From: Candidatus Heimdallarchaeota archaeon
Lineage (GTDB): Archaea; Asgardarchaeota; Heimdallarchaeia; Hodarchaeales; Hodarchaeaceae
Assembly (NCBI GenBank): GCA_011364965.1
Contig: RDOB01000003.1
Location: 1 to 64,000, forward strand
Reading direction: 5' to 3'
DNA: 64,000 bases
Shown: in pieces, positions 1 to 8,287 of the stretch
How the letters are laid out: every line of letters begins with the position of its first letter
Position numbering within the stretch: position 1 is the first letter of the stretch
Made by a program: the position numbers and the translations under genes
The notes under the pieces: model-generated
Database searches by the model: none
The model's input: only the letters and a program-made list of their open reading frames with translations
What the model was told of the DNA's origin: nothing

Positions 1-1
1 A

Positions 2-460
2 GCATCGCGATATGGACATAAGATGGTCTATAACTCTAAGAATAATATAGTAGTCTTATTTGGGGGGAATGGAATGGGATCAGGTCATGAAGAAGACACT
101 TGGGTCTTTTTTTCAAATAATAACACATGGAAAAATCTGAATCCTTCGCAAAAACCTACAGAGAGATACTGGCATTCCATGGCATATGATAGTACTCTTG
201 AACAGGTAGTCCTCTTCGGAGGCAGCAGTTTAAATATTGATAAAAATGATATCTGGGTCTACAGTTATTCTAATAACAGCTGGAGCCTCAACTATGTTCC
301 CAATTCTCCCTCACCTCGCCATTTCGCAGCTTTGGCTTATGATTCTACCCATTGTAAAGTCATTCTTTATGGAGGCAACAATGAAGCCCATAATCCTATG
401 AATGACACTTGGATATATGACTTTATTCTTAATCGTTGGGAAAAATTTAGTAATTCTTAG
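2..460 (+). CDS. Kelch-repeat beta-propeller protein, 5'-truncated by window edge
   Basis: The frame is open from position 2 (ASRYGHKMVY...). Repeats of R-x-x-H-x-[ML]-x-Y...[VI][VI]L[FY]GG...D[TI]W-x-[FY]...W are typical Kelch blades. Confidence 0.85.
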   Translation, partial: ASRYGHKMVYNSKNNIVVLFGGNGMGSGHEEDTWVFFSNNNTWKNLNPSQKPTERYWHSMAYDSTLEQVVLFGGSSLNIDKNDIWVYSYSNNSWSLNYVPNSPSPRHFAALAYDSTHCKVILYGGNNEAHNPMNDTWIYDFILNRWEKFSNS

Positions 461-651
461 TTAGATAGATATTCCATGTATAAAATTGATAATAATGAAA
501 GAGGTGATTCTCTTCCCTCCTGTTATCCTGTGCTTCCTCAAGTATATCCTTTTCTACAAAGTTGGAATTTAGAATTCTTGGTTTTTTTGTAAACTCCAAG
601 TTTCCTCGCTACTCTTTTTGATTCTGAAGAAAACCTATGCGGAAGAATAAT

Positions 652-1014
652 TTAATCTTCATTCTTTTCTGATAATTCAATGATTCGCTTTTCTAAGTGT
701 TCTATTTCATTTTTCATATTTTTTATCAAATCTTGTAGGTATTCAGCCTCTTTTTCTGGTGCAAAAGGAGCTGGCCATGGATGAACATTATCTAGGTAGA
801 AAGGAGGTGGATCTATGGGATAATAACCACGACCTCTGCCCCAGCCACCGCCTCCAGCCCATCCCCGTCCATAACCTCTTCCTCGACCCCATCCCATACC
901 CATTCCTTTTGTATAACCAGGAGTTGAATAGCCAGCACAATACCCTAATCCCCGTCCAGTTCTTGATCCCCATCCTTGGGGGCCTGATCGATCTCCTCGC
1001 GGCATTTTTATCAT
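652..1014 (-). CDS. DUF5320-family Gly/Arg-rich protein with C-terminal coiled coil
   Basis: MPRGDRSGPQGWGSRTGRGLGYCAG N-terminus, GRG repeats and a coiled-coil end (EAEYLQDLIKNMKNEIEHLEKRIIEL). This family is a typical neighbour of DUF134/NifX operons. Confidence 0.85.
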   Translation of the reverse strand: MIKMPRGDRSGPQGWGSRTGRGLGYCAGYSTPGYTKGMGMGWGRGRGYGRGWAGGGGWGRGRGYYPIDPPPFYLDNVHPWPAPFAPEKEAEYLQDLIKNMKNEIEHLEKRIIELSEKNED

Positions 1015-1038
1015 CTAAATAGCTATCGCCCAAAACCC

Positions 1039-1046
1039 TATATAAA
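1039..1046 (-). promoter_or_regulatory. Putative archaeal TATA box for the DUF5320 gene
   Basis: TTTATATA on the minus strand, ~25 nt upstream of the ATG at 1014. Confidence 0.45.
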
Positions 1047-1316
1047 GTTTTTGGAACTTATAACACGTTTTCCTTGATTAAAAGTGAAAAATATCATATT
1101 CTAAGAGATAATTTCTTTCTTAATTTTGATATAAGCGATTAAAGGAGAGAATAACGCAATATAGATATGCTTTAATTTTACCTTTCTGGGCCAATGCACA
1201 TATTGCTAAATGAAATAAAGATTGAGAATTGATTTGAATAATAATGCACAATGTTTATTATGCATTATAATTCATAATTATATAGTTTCATTCAATACCT
1301 TTAGGAGAGAAAAAAT

Positions 1317-1757
1317 ATTCCTCGAGGAAGAAATCCTAGAACAATTCGCTGTGATCCAACATTTAACTATTTTAAGCCCCGTGGTATCCCATTGTCCGAT
1401 ATTAAGGACGAAGTCATTATTACATTAGAAGAATTAGAAGCAATTCGCTTAACTGATCTTGAGGGAAAAACTCAGCAGGAAGCAGGTGAAAAAATGAATA
1501 TTTCTCAGTCATCTGTATCAAGGCACCTTGACTCCGCTCATCATAAAATCGCAAAAGCTCTAGTATTAGGATTTGCCATCCAAATTGCTAATACATCTGA
1601 TTTCTTCCACTGTGATCAATGTGGTCATACTTGGTATGTATCAGAAACGATCTCTATAACTAAGGAGTGTGAAAAATGCGGATCACATGACTTTCATGTT
1701 CATAGTTCTTCGAAAGGTCAAATGAGTGAAATCAAAACACAAATATTGGAGAAATGA
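1317..1757 (+). CDS. DUF134-family DNA-binding regulator with C-terminal Zn ribbon; probable ATT start
   Basis: LEELEAIRLTDLEG..QQEAG..MNISQSSVSR HTH, plus CxxC...CxxC. The frame extends upstream to (M)PRGRNPRTIRCDPTFNYFKPRGIP, the usual family N-terminus, starting at ATT 1317 after AGGAGA. Confidence 0.85.
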   Translation: MPRGRNPRTIRCDPTFNYFKPRGIPLSDIKDEVIITLEELEAIRLTDLEGKTQQEAGEKMNISQSSVSRHLDSAHHKIAKALVLGFAIQIANTSDFFHCDQCGHTWYVSETISITKECEKCGSHDFHVHSSSKGQMSEIKTQILEK

Positions 1758-2155
1758 ATAATATGATAATCGGAATACCTTCGACAGGAAAAGCTTTGTC
1801 TTCTTCTTTTGCACAGAATTTTGGGCGATGTCCTTTTTTTATTATTTATGACACAGATACTCAGGAAATTAAAATGTCCTATGCCAATGATGCTCAAAGT
1901 GCTGCAGGTGGTGCAGGTATTCAAGCATCCCAGTCTTTAATAAATAACAAAGTGGAGGTTGTTATTGTACCTCAGGTTGGGCCAAACGCGTGGAATGTAT
2001 TAAAAGGAGCAAATGTTAGGATTTTTTCTGGCATTAGAGGATCAGTGCAAGATAATATCATAGCTTTTGAAACTGGAGAATTGACTGAAACTAGCCATGC
2101 TGATAGTTCAGGTAGAGGACGCGGAGGAAGAGGGCAAGGAAGAGGAAGATTTTAG
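1754..2155 (+). CDS. NifB/NifX-family (dinitrogenase Fe-Mo cofactor-like) protein with RGG tail
   Basis: FGRCPFFIIYD, GGAGIQA and VGPNA motifs. ATGA overlap with the DUF134 gene. Confidence 0.88.
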   Translation: MNNMIIGIPSTGKALSSSFAQNFGRCPFFIIYDTDTQEIKMSYANDAQSAAGGAGIQASQSLINNKVEVVIVPQVGPNAWNVLKGANVRIFSGIRGSVQDNIIAFETGELTETSHADSSGRGRGGRGQGRGRF

Positions 2156-2177
2156 CCTAAATGCGGAGTGATTATGT

Positions 2178-2576
2178 TTGCGATTATGTATTCCATCTAA
2201 TACAAAAGGGGGGCTCGAGGATCAAGTAGGATATCATTTTGGTCGTGTAGATAACTACACCATTTTTGATGATGACAAAAATGAGGTTGAAATAATTAAA
2301 AATACTTCTACTCATCGAGGAGGTACAAAGTTACCCGCAGAGCTTTTAAGAGAACATAAAGTAGATATAATGATCTGTGGCGGAATTGGAAGCCGTGCAA
2401 TTCAATTATTTGAACAGTTTGGTGTTGAAATTTATGTTGATGCCCAAGGAACAGTGAAAGAAGCTATTGAACAATATAAAAACGACCAGTTGCGTATGGC
2501 TACTGATAAAGAGGCCTGTCAACAACATAAATATCGAGGAGAAGGGCAAGGATCAAATCACGAACACCACCATTAG
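2178..2576 (+). CDS. NifB/NifX-family protein with His-rich tail
   Basis: HFGR, ICGGIGSRA motifs and C-terminal HEHHH. TTG start after GGAGTGA. Confidence 0.88.
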   Translation: MRLCIPSNTKGGLEDQVGYHFGRVDNYTIFDDDKNEVEIIKNTSTHRGGTKLPAELLREHKVDIMICGGIGSRAIQLFEQFGVEIYVDAQGTVKEAIEQYKNDQLRMATDKEACQQHKYRGEGQGSNHEHHH

Positions 2577-2588
2577 GGGGCATTTGAA

Positions 2589-3446
2589 ACGATCATTAGT
2601 GTCGCTTCGGGGAAGGGAGGAACAGGAAAAACTACTATTGCTGTGAATCTAGCCTTATATCTTTCATTATCCCTTTCGGTTGCACTATTCGATTTAGATG
2701 TAGAAGAACCAAACGATAATCACTTTCTTCAACTTGAATTATCCCATTTTCAGGATGTGACAATACTAAGGCCTGTTATTGACGAATCGATCTGTACACA
2801 TTGCGGAATTTGTGCAGATTTATGTGAATTCAATGCACTAGCTGTTCTTCCCTCCAACGTAATGGTTTTTAATGAATTATGCCATGGTTGCGGTTTATGT
2901 ACTCTGGCCTGCCCCGTTAAAGCGATTAAAGAAGAAAAACATGGATTAGGCGGAATTTACGTTTCCTCTGGGAGTAGTTTAAATCTAGCTTTTTATGAGG
3001 GAATATTAAATGTTGGGGAAGCAATTGCTACCCCAATAATCCACGAAATGAAAAAGATCGCATTTAAAGAAGAAAGAGAGATTATTATTCTCGATTTACC
3101 TCCTGGATCGGCATGTCCAGTAATTAAAGGCCTTTCTCAATCGGATTATGTTATATTAGTGACAGAACCAACCCCTGCAGGAGAACATGACCTTGAAATA
3201 GCTATAGAAGTAGTAAAAGAGCTTGGAATACCTTTTGGTATAGTAAACAATAGAGCAGATGTAGGAAATGACTGTATCTCTCAGCTAGCGGAGAAAAATG
3301 GATATACTATATTACTCGAAATACCTCATGATACTGAAATCTTGAAGCTATATTCTCAAGGACATGCACTTATAGGAAGAAATAAGCGTTTTGATGATAT
3401 TTTTGCAAATCTCTGGCATGAAATCAGGAGGCGAAAAATTGAGTAA
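2589..3446 (+). CDS. MinD/CobQ-like P-loop ATPase with inserted 2x[4Fe-4S] ferredoxin domain; start non-canonical (ACG) or frameshifted
   Basis: The deviant Walker A (IISVASGKGGTGKTT) lies upstream of the ORF-track start at 2643. Also DLDVEEPN, two CxxCxxCxxxC motifs and DLPPGSACP. Confidence 0.88.
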   Translation, partial: TIISVASGKGGTGKTTIAVNLALYLSLSLSVALFDLDVEEPNDNHFLQLELSHFQDVTILRPVIDESICTHCGICADLCEFNALAVLPSNVMVFNELCHGCGLCTLACPVKAIKEEKHGLGGIYVSSGSSLNLAFYEGILNVGEAIATPIIHEMKKIAFKEEREIIILDLPPGSACPVIKGLSQSDYVILVTEPTPAGEHDLEIAIEVVKELGIPFGIVNNRADVGNDCISQLAEKNGYTILLEIPHDTEILKLYSQGHALIGRNKRFDDIFANLWHEIRRRKIE

Positions 3447-4338
3447 TAATCTTGTAAAACAGATAACAGTACTCTCAGGCAAAGGAGGAACAGGAAAAAC
3501 TACTTTTACAGCTGCTTTGGCTCAAATGTCAGCCTCTACATCAATACTAGCAGACTGTGATGTAGATGCGCCTAATCTTCACCTCTTATTAAATCCAGAA
3601 AATATCTCTTCTGAGGAATTTAGAAGTGGAAAAATTGCTATTAGAGACGCTGAAAAATGTATCAACTGTGGTAAATGTCTAGATGTGTGCAGATTCAATG
3701 CCATCTCCTCAACTTTCGATATTAATACATTAGATTGTGAGGGATGTGGAGCATGCGCTTGGATTTGTCCCACTAAAGCGATTACGATGGATTTACAATC
3801 ATCTGGTACTATTTATGTAGCAAATACTCGTTTCAGTCCTTTCATTCATGCAAGATTAAATATCGGAGCAGAGAATTCAGGTAAATTAGTTAGTGCGGTA
3901 GTTAACAGAGCAAATGACAGAGCTATAGAACTAGGTAAAGGATTGGTAATTGTTGATGGAAGTCCAGGAATTGGTTGTCCAGTAATAGCAGCTTTAACGA
4001 ATGCATATTTAGCAATCATAGTAGTTGAACCAACATCTACTGCTATCCACGATATGAAGAGAGTGATCGAATTAGTCCAATTTTTTAAATTAAAAGTAGC
4101 TGTTATTATAAATAAAGTCGATATCAGCGAGGAACAGCGTAAACGCATTGTAGATTACTGTATTGAAAGTGATATTCCAATAGTAGGAGAATTTCCCTAT
4201 AATATGCATTTTTACAAGGCAATGGTTCAAAAAGAGACAATTTTGGAACATAAAAATTTAAATTTGTCAGAAACAATGGATAAAGTTTGGATAAAAATTA
4301 AGGAGATTTTAGATCGATCGGAGATTATGAGTACTTAA
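3439..4338 (+). CDS. Second MinD/CobQ-like P-loop ATPase with 2x[4Fe-4S] domain
   Basis: SGKGGTGKT, DCDVDAPN, CINCGKC, CEGCGAC and DGSPGIGCP motifs. TTG 3439 follows AGGAGG. Confidence 0.9.
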   Translation: MSNNLVKQITVLSGKGGTGKTTFTAALAQMSASTSILADCDVDAPNLHLLLNPENISSEEFRSGKIAIRDAEKCINCGKCLDVCRFNAISSTFDINTLDCEGCGACAWICPTKAITMDLQSSGTIYVANTRFSPFIHARLNIGAENSGKLVSAVVNRANDRAIELGKGLVIVDGSPGIGCPVIAALTNAYLAIIVVEPTSTAIHDMKRVIELVQFFKLKVAVIINKVDISEEQRKRIVDYCIESDIPIVGEFPYNMHFYKAMVQKETILEHKNLNLSETMDKVWIKIKEILDRSEIMST

Positions 4339-4339
4339 T

Positions 4340-4687
4340 TTAGTGTAGGATTTGAAGAATCGAAGAAAAGTTAATAGGTTTTTCAAAAAAACTGATCGCC
4401 CCTAATTTTAAGACTTTTTCTCTTATACTAAAATCAGCACTTATAAAAATTACTTTAGCTAACGGATTTATCCGTAAAATCTCTTCTAGAACCTCCAGTC
4501 CATCTTTTCGGGGCATTCGTTGATCAAGAAGAATATAATCTATTTTATTTTCTAATTCTCGAAACAATTGAATAGCTTCATCTCCATTAAAGGCCTTAGC
4601 TATCACTTCATGCCCTTCTAAGGTAAGAAATGTCTCTATAATCTCTACAATATCTTTATCGTCATCAACAATTAATATTCGGGAAAT
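4340..4687 (-). CDS. Single-domain CheY-like response regulator; probable ATT start
   Basis: The frame extends upstream to (M)SRILIVDDDKDIVEII, which supplies the essential acidic pocket. Also LLDQRMP phosphoacceptor, ISAD and KP. ATT at 4687 lies 6 nt after GGTGA. Confidence 0.9.
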   Translation of the reverse strand: MSRILIVDDDKDIVEIIETFLTLEGHEVIAKAFNGDEAIQLFRELENKIDYILLDQRMPRKDGLEVLEEILRINPLAKVIFISADFSIREKVLKLGAISFFEKPINFSSILQILH

Positions 4688-4713
4688 TCTGATTCACCAT
4701 TTTTATATATCGT

Positions 4714-5559
4714 TTAGAGCTTTCTAATCTCTCGAATTATATCTGATGCTTCAATACACCTTTTTTTAATAGTTTCAAGTTTTTTCATGGTACTTTCAGG
4801 AAGATTTTTTTCCATTAATAACAATGTTGTATTTCCATAGACTACCTGAGCCATATTACCTAAATCGTGGGAATACTTATCCTTAAGTTCGTTTTTATCT
4901 CTTCTTATGAGGCTATTCTCTAATTGAATAATGAAGACGACTATTATGATATGCGTTAAGATTGAAGGAGAATAATTAAGTATAATCAATATCTCATTAT
5001 TTGATTCGAATAATCCATATCCCTCTCCGATAGAGGAAGAAAAAACCACCACCAAAAATGTAATCACTGTAACTAGAAGAACGAGATAATACCACCTTAA
5101 ACTTTCTTTTAAACACTCTTTTGCTAAATCCTTTTTAATCAAGGGTATACCAAATATAACAACCATACTAGATATAAACAAAAAGAGATTTATTCCAATA
5201 GAAAGGTTGTAATCAACTATTGAGGCAATAATAGTAACAAATATAATCGAAATAGGATAGAAAAAGATGGTTTTTCTAGAGAATGAAAAAAATTCTGTTA
5301 TCAATCCAATGAGGGAAAAGTAAAACCCTAAAACATCGAGTAACACATTCAAAATTAAGAATATGATTTTTAATTCGAACAGGATCATTGCATTAGCGAT
5401 TATAGGAGAAATACTCGAAAGAATTAATAAAAACCATCCAAATGTCATGTAACCATAGCGAGGTTTTTTCAATTCAAGAAAAAAGCTGAGAGCAACTAAG
5501 AATCCAGCTAATCTTGCTAAAGAGAGCAAGATTAGACTATAAAAGACAAGTGAGTTCAT
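4714..5559 (-). CDS. 7TM membrane protein with C-terminal HisKA/DHp helix pair but no HATPase domain
   Basis: About 7 hydrophobic segments, then an H-box (KYSHDLGNMAQVVYG). The protein ends ~50 aa later with no N/G1/F/G2 boxes. Confidence 0.75.
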   Translation of the reverse strand: MNSLVFYSLILLSLARLAGFLVALSFFLELKKPRYGYMTFGWFLLILSSISPIIANAMILFELKIIFLILNVLLDVLGFYFSLIGLITEFFSFSRKTIFFYPISIIFVTIIASIVDYNLSIGINLFLFISSMVVIFGIPLIKKDLAKECLKESLRWYYLVLLVTVITFLVVVFSSSIGEGYGLFESNNEILIILNYSPSILTHIIIVVFIIQLENSLIRRDKNELKDKYSHDLGNMAQVVYGNTTLLLMEKNLPESTMKKLETIKKRCIEASDIIREIRKL

Positions 5560-5811
5560 ACAAATTCACTTTTACATGGTTTAGACGCTGATTTCATTTA
5601 TTTATTCTTAGGTGATGTATATACCGAATTCTCGTAATTGGTTGATTACTATTCATTCAATATTATAATTTAAAAACTATGTGAATAGTTGAATAATTTT
5701 TATAAAACCCTTCTTGAGGCGTGATATCACTTTTCGATGAGTAATAGAATTCTCAACTTGTGAAACTTTATAACTGATAATTGTGAGGTATATGCAGATT
5801 TGGTGAATTAA

Positions 5812-6678
5812 ATGTCAAGCTCTGAAGGTAATTGTTTGGATCAAGCATGTCAAAATTGTACTCAAGCGGTCTGTACTCGTTTTACTGAATCATGTACTGA
5901 GCAGTGTGAAACATCATGCCAAGAAAATTGTCAGGAAGCTTGTAATCAAGCATGCCAAAATGCCTGTAATCAAGCATGCCAAAACGCTTGTGCTAATGCT
6001 ACCTGTACTTGCGGTTCTTCCTCATCCCAAGTAATTTTTCCATTATTCAGCACTGTCATAATTCCTTTCCTCGGATTACTAATTTTAGGCTTTATTCAAG
6101 CCTTTGATCCAAGTGGACCTCTCTATTTAACTCTCTTTGGCTCTGGAGTCTTAGCTTTAAGTTTAACTGGATTTACAATTTATCCCCTTAGAACCTCAAC
6201 AACGTGCGCAAATCGATTATCAGAATATAAAACGCAATTTGGTTTTATTGGCTTCAATCATTCCCATCATTCCCCTGATTTAATCAGTATGGGTCATGAA
6301 TTCAAGTTTAAGGGAAAATACTTCTGTACAGGCTGTTATGGCATTTTGATGGGTATATGCATTTCAATAATTATAGCTATTATTTACATTACAGGTTATT
6401 TTTCCTCTGATTGGTTAAGCATCAGTTCCTTCGTAAGTGTTTCATGTTTCATACCAATAATTCTTCGTTACAAAAGCAATCATCATTTTGGATCATTATT
6501 CAGATTTCTTTCTAACAGCTTACTACCTCTTGGATGTTGCCTTGCCTTGTTATCTGCAGATCTAGCTTTTCATAGCTGGGGTTTCAATGTACTCATAGTG
6601 ATTTTAATACTAATTGCTGCTTACTTTCGCAGTATTGTAGGAAGAAATGAGAATCAAAGATCTGTAAATGACCGTTAA
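5812..6678 (+). CDS. Membrane protein with Cys-rich (CX3)n N-terminus and DUF2085-like His/Cys motif
   Basis: 15 Cys in the first 67 aa, a HSHH...FCTGCYG motif and ~6 TM segments. Confidence 0.7.
   Translation: MSSSEGNCLDQACQNCTQAVCTRFTESCTEQCETSCQENCQEACNQACQNACNQACQNACANATCTCGSSSSQVIFPLFSTVIIPFLGLLILGFIQAFDPSGPLYLTLFGSGVLALSLTGFTIYPLRTSTTCANRLSEYKTQFGFIGFNHSHHSPDLISMGHEFKFKGKYFCTGCYGILMGICISIIIAIIYITGYFSSDWLSISSFVSVSCFIPIILRYKSNHHFGSLFRFLSNSLLPLGCCLALLSADLAFHSWGFNVLIVILILIAAYFRSIVGRNENQRSVNDR
5941..5991 (+). repeat. 24-bp tandem repeat encoding CNQACQNA
   Basis: tgtaatcaagcatgccaaaatgcc / tgtaatcaagcatgccaaaacgct / tgt. Confidence 0.9.
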
Positions 6679-6680
6679 AT

Positions 6681-7721
6681 TCATCTTTTTCTCTTTAACA
6701 ATAAACTCATTCCCCCAATCGGTAGGAATACTAAACCAAAAAAAGGTTCAGCTGGTAATGAAAGAGAACTTCGCAAAGATTCCGAATATGCCAATTGATA
6801 AGACTTGTATTCGGACTGCGCTTGTTCCTGTATCTCTTCAGAAAATAATGACTTTAGAAAATAACTATGACTACCCAATGATAATTCTGTAGTAAGATTT
6901 AGTAGCACTATCTCAGTATATTGATGCCAATAGGTTAAGTAAATAATCCGATTCTTTAAATCAAACACATTTGAGTAAAGAGTGTTTACAAAAGCTGTTT
7001 CAGCATGTGTTGCGTTCAATACATCAAAACATTGCTTAATGTCTAAGCTATGATTGTTAGTAAGCGCATTACTTAAAAGTTGAATGGCAGTATCGTATCT
7101 TTGGCAAGGCCAACTACCTTCCTGACTTCCCAAGTTAAAATTTGTTGATATTAAATAATTCCTAGCAGAATCTAATCTGGTAATGTTAAGTTCCTTGTTT
7201 ATACCAGGATGGACAACAACCGCGTTTCCTGTTGAATCCGCAAAATGGACTTGATATCCCATCTCGGACCCCCAGTAAAGTTTTGGAATTGTTTCAATAA
7301 CCTCACAAACATTTGAACAATACTTCATTATGTATAAAACCGCCCATTCATTTTGTTCTACTTGAGGATAACGGGGGGTGATCGGACATGATGGAATGGA
7401 ATTTGTATCAAAGGCAAGTCCCATTTCATTCAAACCACCTTGTGGAATAAAATTATCGAAACCTAAGTAACACACTCCAATTTCTGAATTATTTGACGGT
7501 TGAAACCAGATATAGGTGTTAGGATTGGTAGAATCCTCGTTATTTCCAAAAAATATATTATTTTGATCTATTATAGTGAAGATGGTGCATGCTGAAGCAC
7601 TATTCATCGATACCATGAAACTTAGAATGAGAATTACTCCTGTTTCTAGTAAAAAATTACGATTCAATATTTTCATCTCTGATTTTATGAAATGATAGAG
7701 CTGTTGCTTGTAGGAGGACAC
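6681..7721 (-). CDS. Secreted Ntn-hydrolase (choloylglycine hydrolase/C45-like) with C-terminal membrane anchor
   Basis: Signal peptide ending ASA|CTIF (N-terminal nucleophile Cys), GNNED, GGLNEMGL, TNF and TLYSNVFD motifs, then TM + KRKR. The true start is probably the later ATG (MKILNR). Confidence 0.8.
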   Translation of the reverse strand: MSSYKQQLYHFIKSEMKILNRNFLLETGVILILSFMVSMNSASACTIFTIIDQNNIFFGNNEDSTNPNTYIWFQPSNNSEIGVCYLGFDNFIPQGGLNEMGLAFDTNSIPSCPITPRYPQVEQNEWAVLYIMKYCSNVCEVIETIPKLYWGSEMGYQVHFADSTGNAVVVHPGINKELNITRLDSARNYLISTNFNLGSQEGSWPCQRYDTAIQLLSNALTNNHSLDIKQCFDVLNATHAETAFVNTLYSNVFDLKNRIIYLTYWHQYTEIVLLNLTTELSLGSHSYFLKSLFSEEIQEQAQSEYKSYQLAYSESLRSSLSLPAEPFFGLVFLPIGGMSLLLKRKR

Positions 7722-7820
7722 ACTAATTTCCTTTGTTATAAGAACTAAGTTTAAGGCACGGAAAAATTTTATAGATGCTTAGAAAATATTCCTATTAACA
7801 CTTAGTAGCTCTAATTGCAG

Positions 7821-8147
7821 TTAGGAAACGATAGTTGTAGTCTCTTTAGGTGGGAGTTCTGTTCGAATGATTTTCAGAACCAATCCTGCAGAAGTGGGAT
7901 CGGGGCATCGTACAAACTCTGTTGTTACCCCATTTTTGTTGATAACCTTTTCAAAAGGAGTTCCTGAATAAGTCCAAGGAAGTGTTCCATCGCACTCTAA
8001 TATTCGGATCATTGAATTCGCACTGTCTAAAAGCCAAGGACAAATCTTTGCTTTGTCAGCAGGATAAGCCAATTTTTCCCCTTTTTGATGATACGGGCAT
8101 CCACTCTCAAAAATTTCTAATTCAATTGAATATTGTTTTCTTGTCAT
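7821..8147 (-). CDS. TIGR04076-like small Cys-containing protein
   Basis: GCPYH..G, ICPW and RCPDP...LVLKI pattern. ATG 8147 follows GGTG. Confidence 0.6.
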   Translation of the reverse strand: MTRKQYSIELEIFESGCPYHQKGEKLAYPADKAKICPWLLDSANSMIRILECDGTLPWTYSGTPFEKVINKNGVTTEFVRCPDPTSAGLVLKIIRTELPPKETTTIVS

Positions 8148-8287
8148 AATTTCGACACCAGTACTACTTTGGTTTTGCATTCAGCTGGAGACTTTATTAT
8201 TACTTTCTATAATGGCAAACTGAATTCAGACTAGAGTAAAAAAGAATTTGGAGAAGAAGGATCTACTCCACTCTAGTTCTTTGATAT

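Noticed and set aside
759-1033. ORFs 759-1022 (+) and 788-1033 (-)
   Set aside because: Shadow frames of the DUF5320 gene with no recognisable motifs.
1222-1428. 68 aa ORF upstream of DUF134
   Set aside because: It overlaps the promoter region and the true DUF134 5' end in another frame.
2574-2576. Genome-wide UAG recoding (pyrrolysine or alternative code)
   Set aside because: Several other genes end at TAG at their expected C-termini, and no pyl genes are in the window.
1754-2576. Nitrogen fixation
   Set aside because: NifB/NifX-like domains are common outside diazotrophs, and no nifHDK genes are present.
5941-5991. CRISPR-like repeat
   Set aside because: It is an in-frame coding tandem repeat without spacers. 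No CRISPR array or cas genes were seen in the window.
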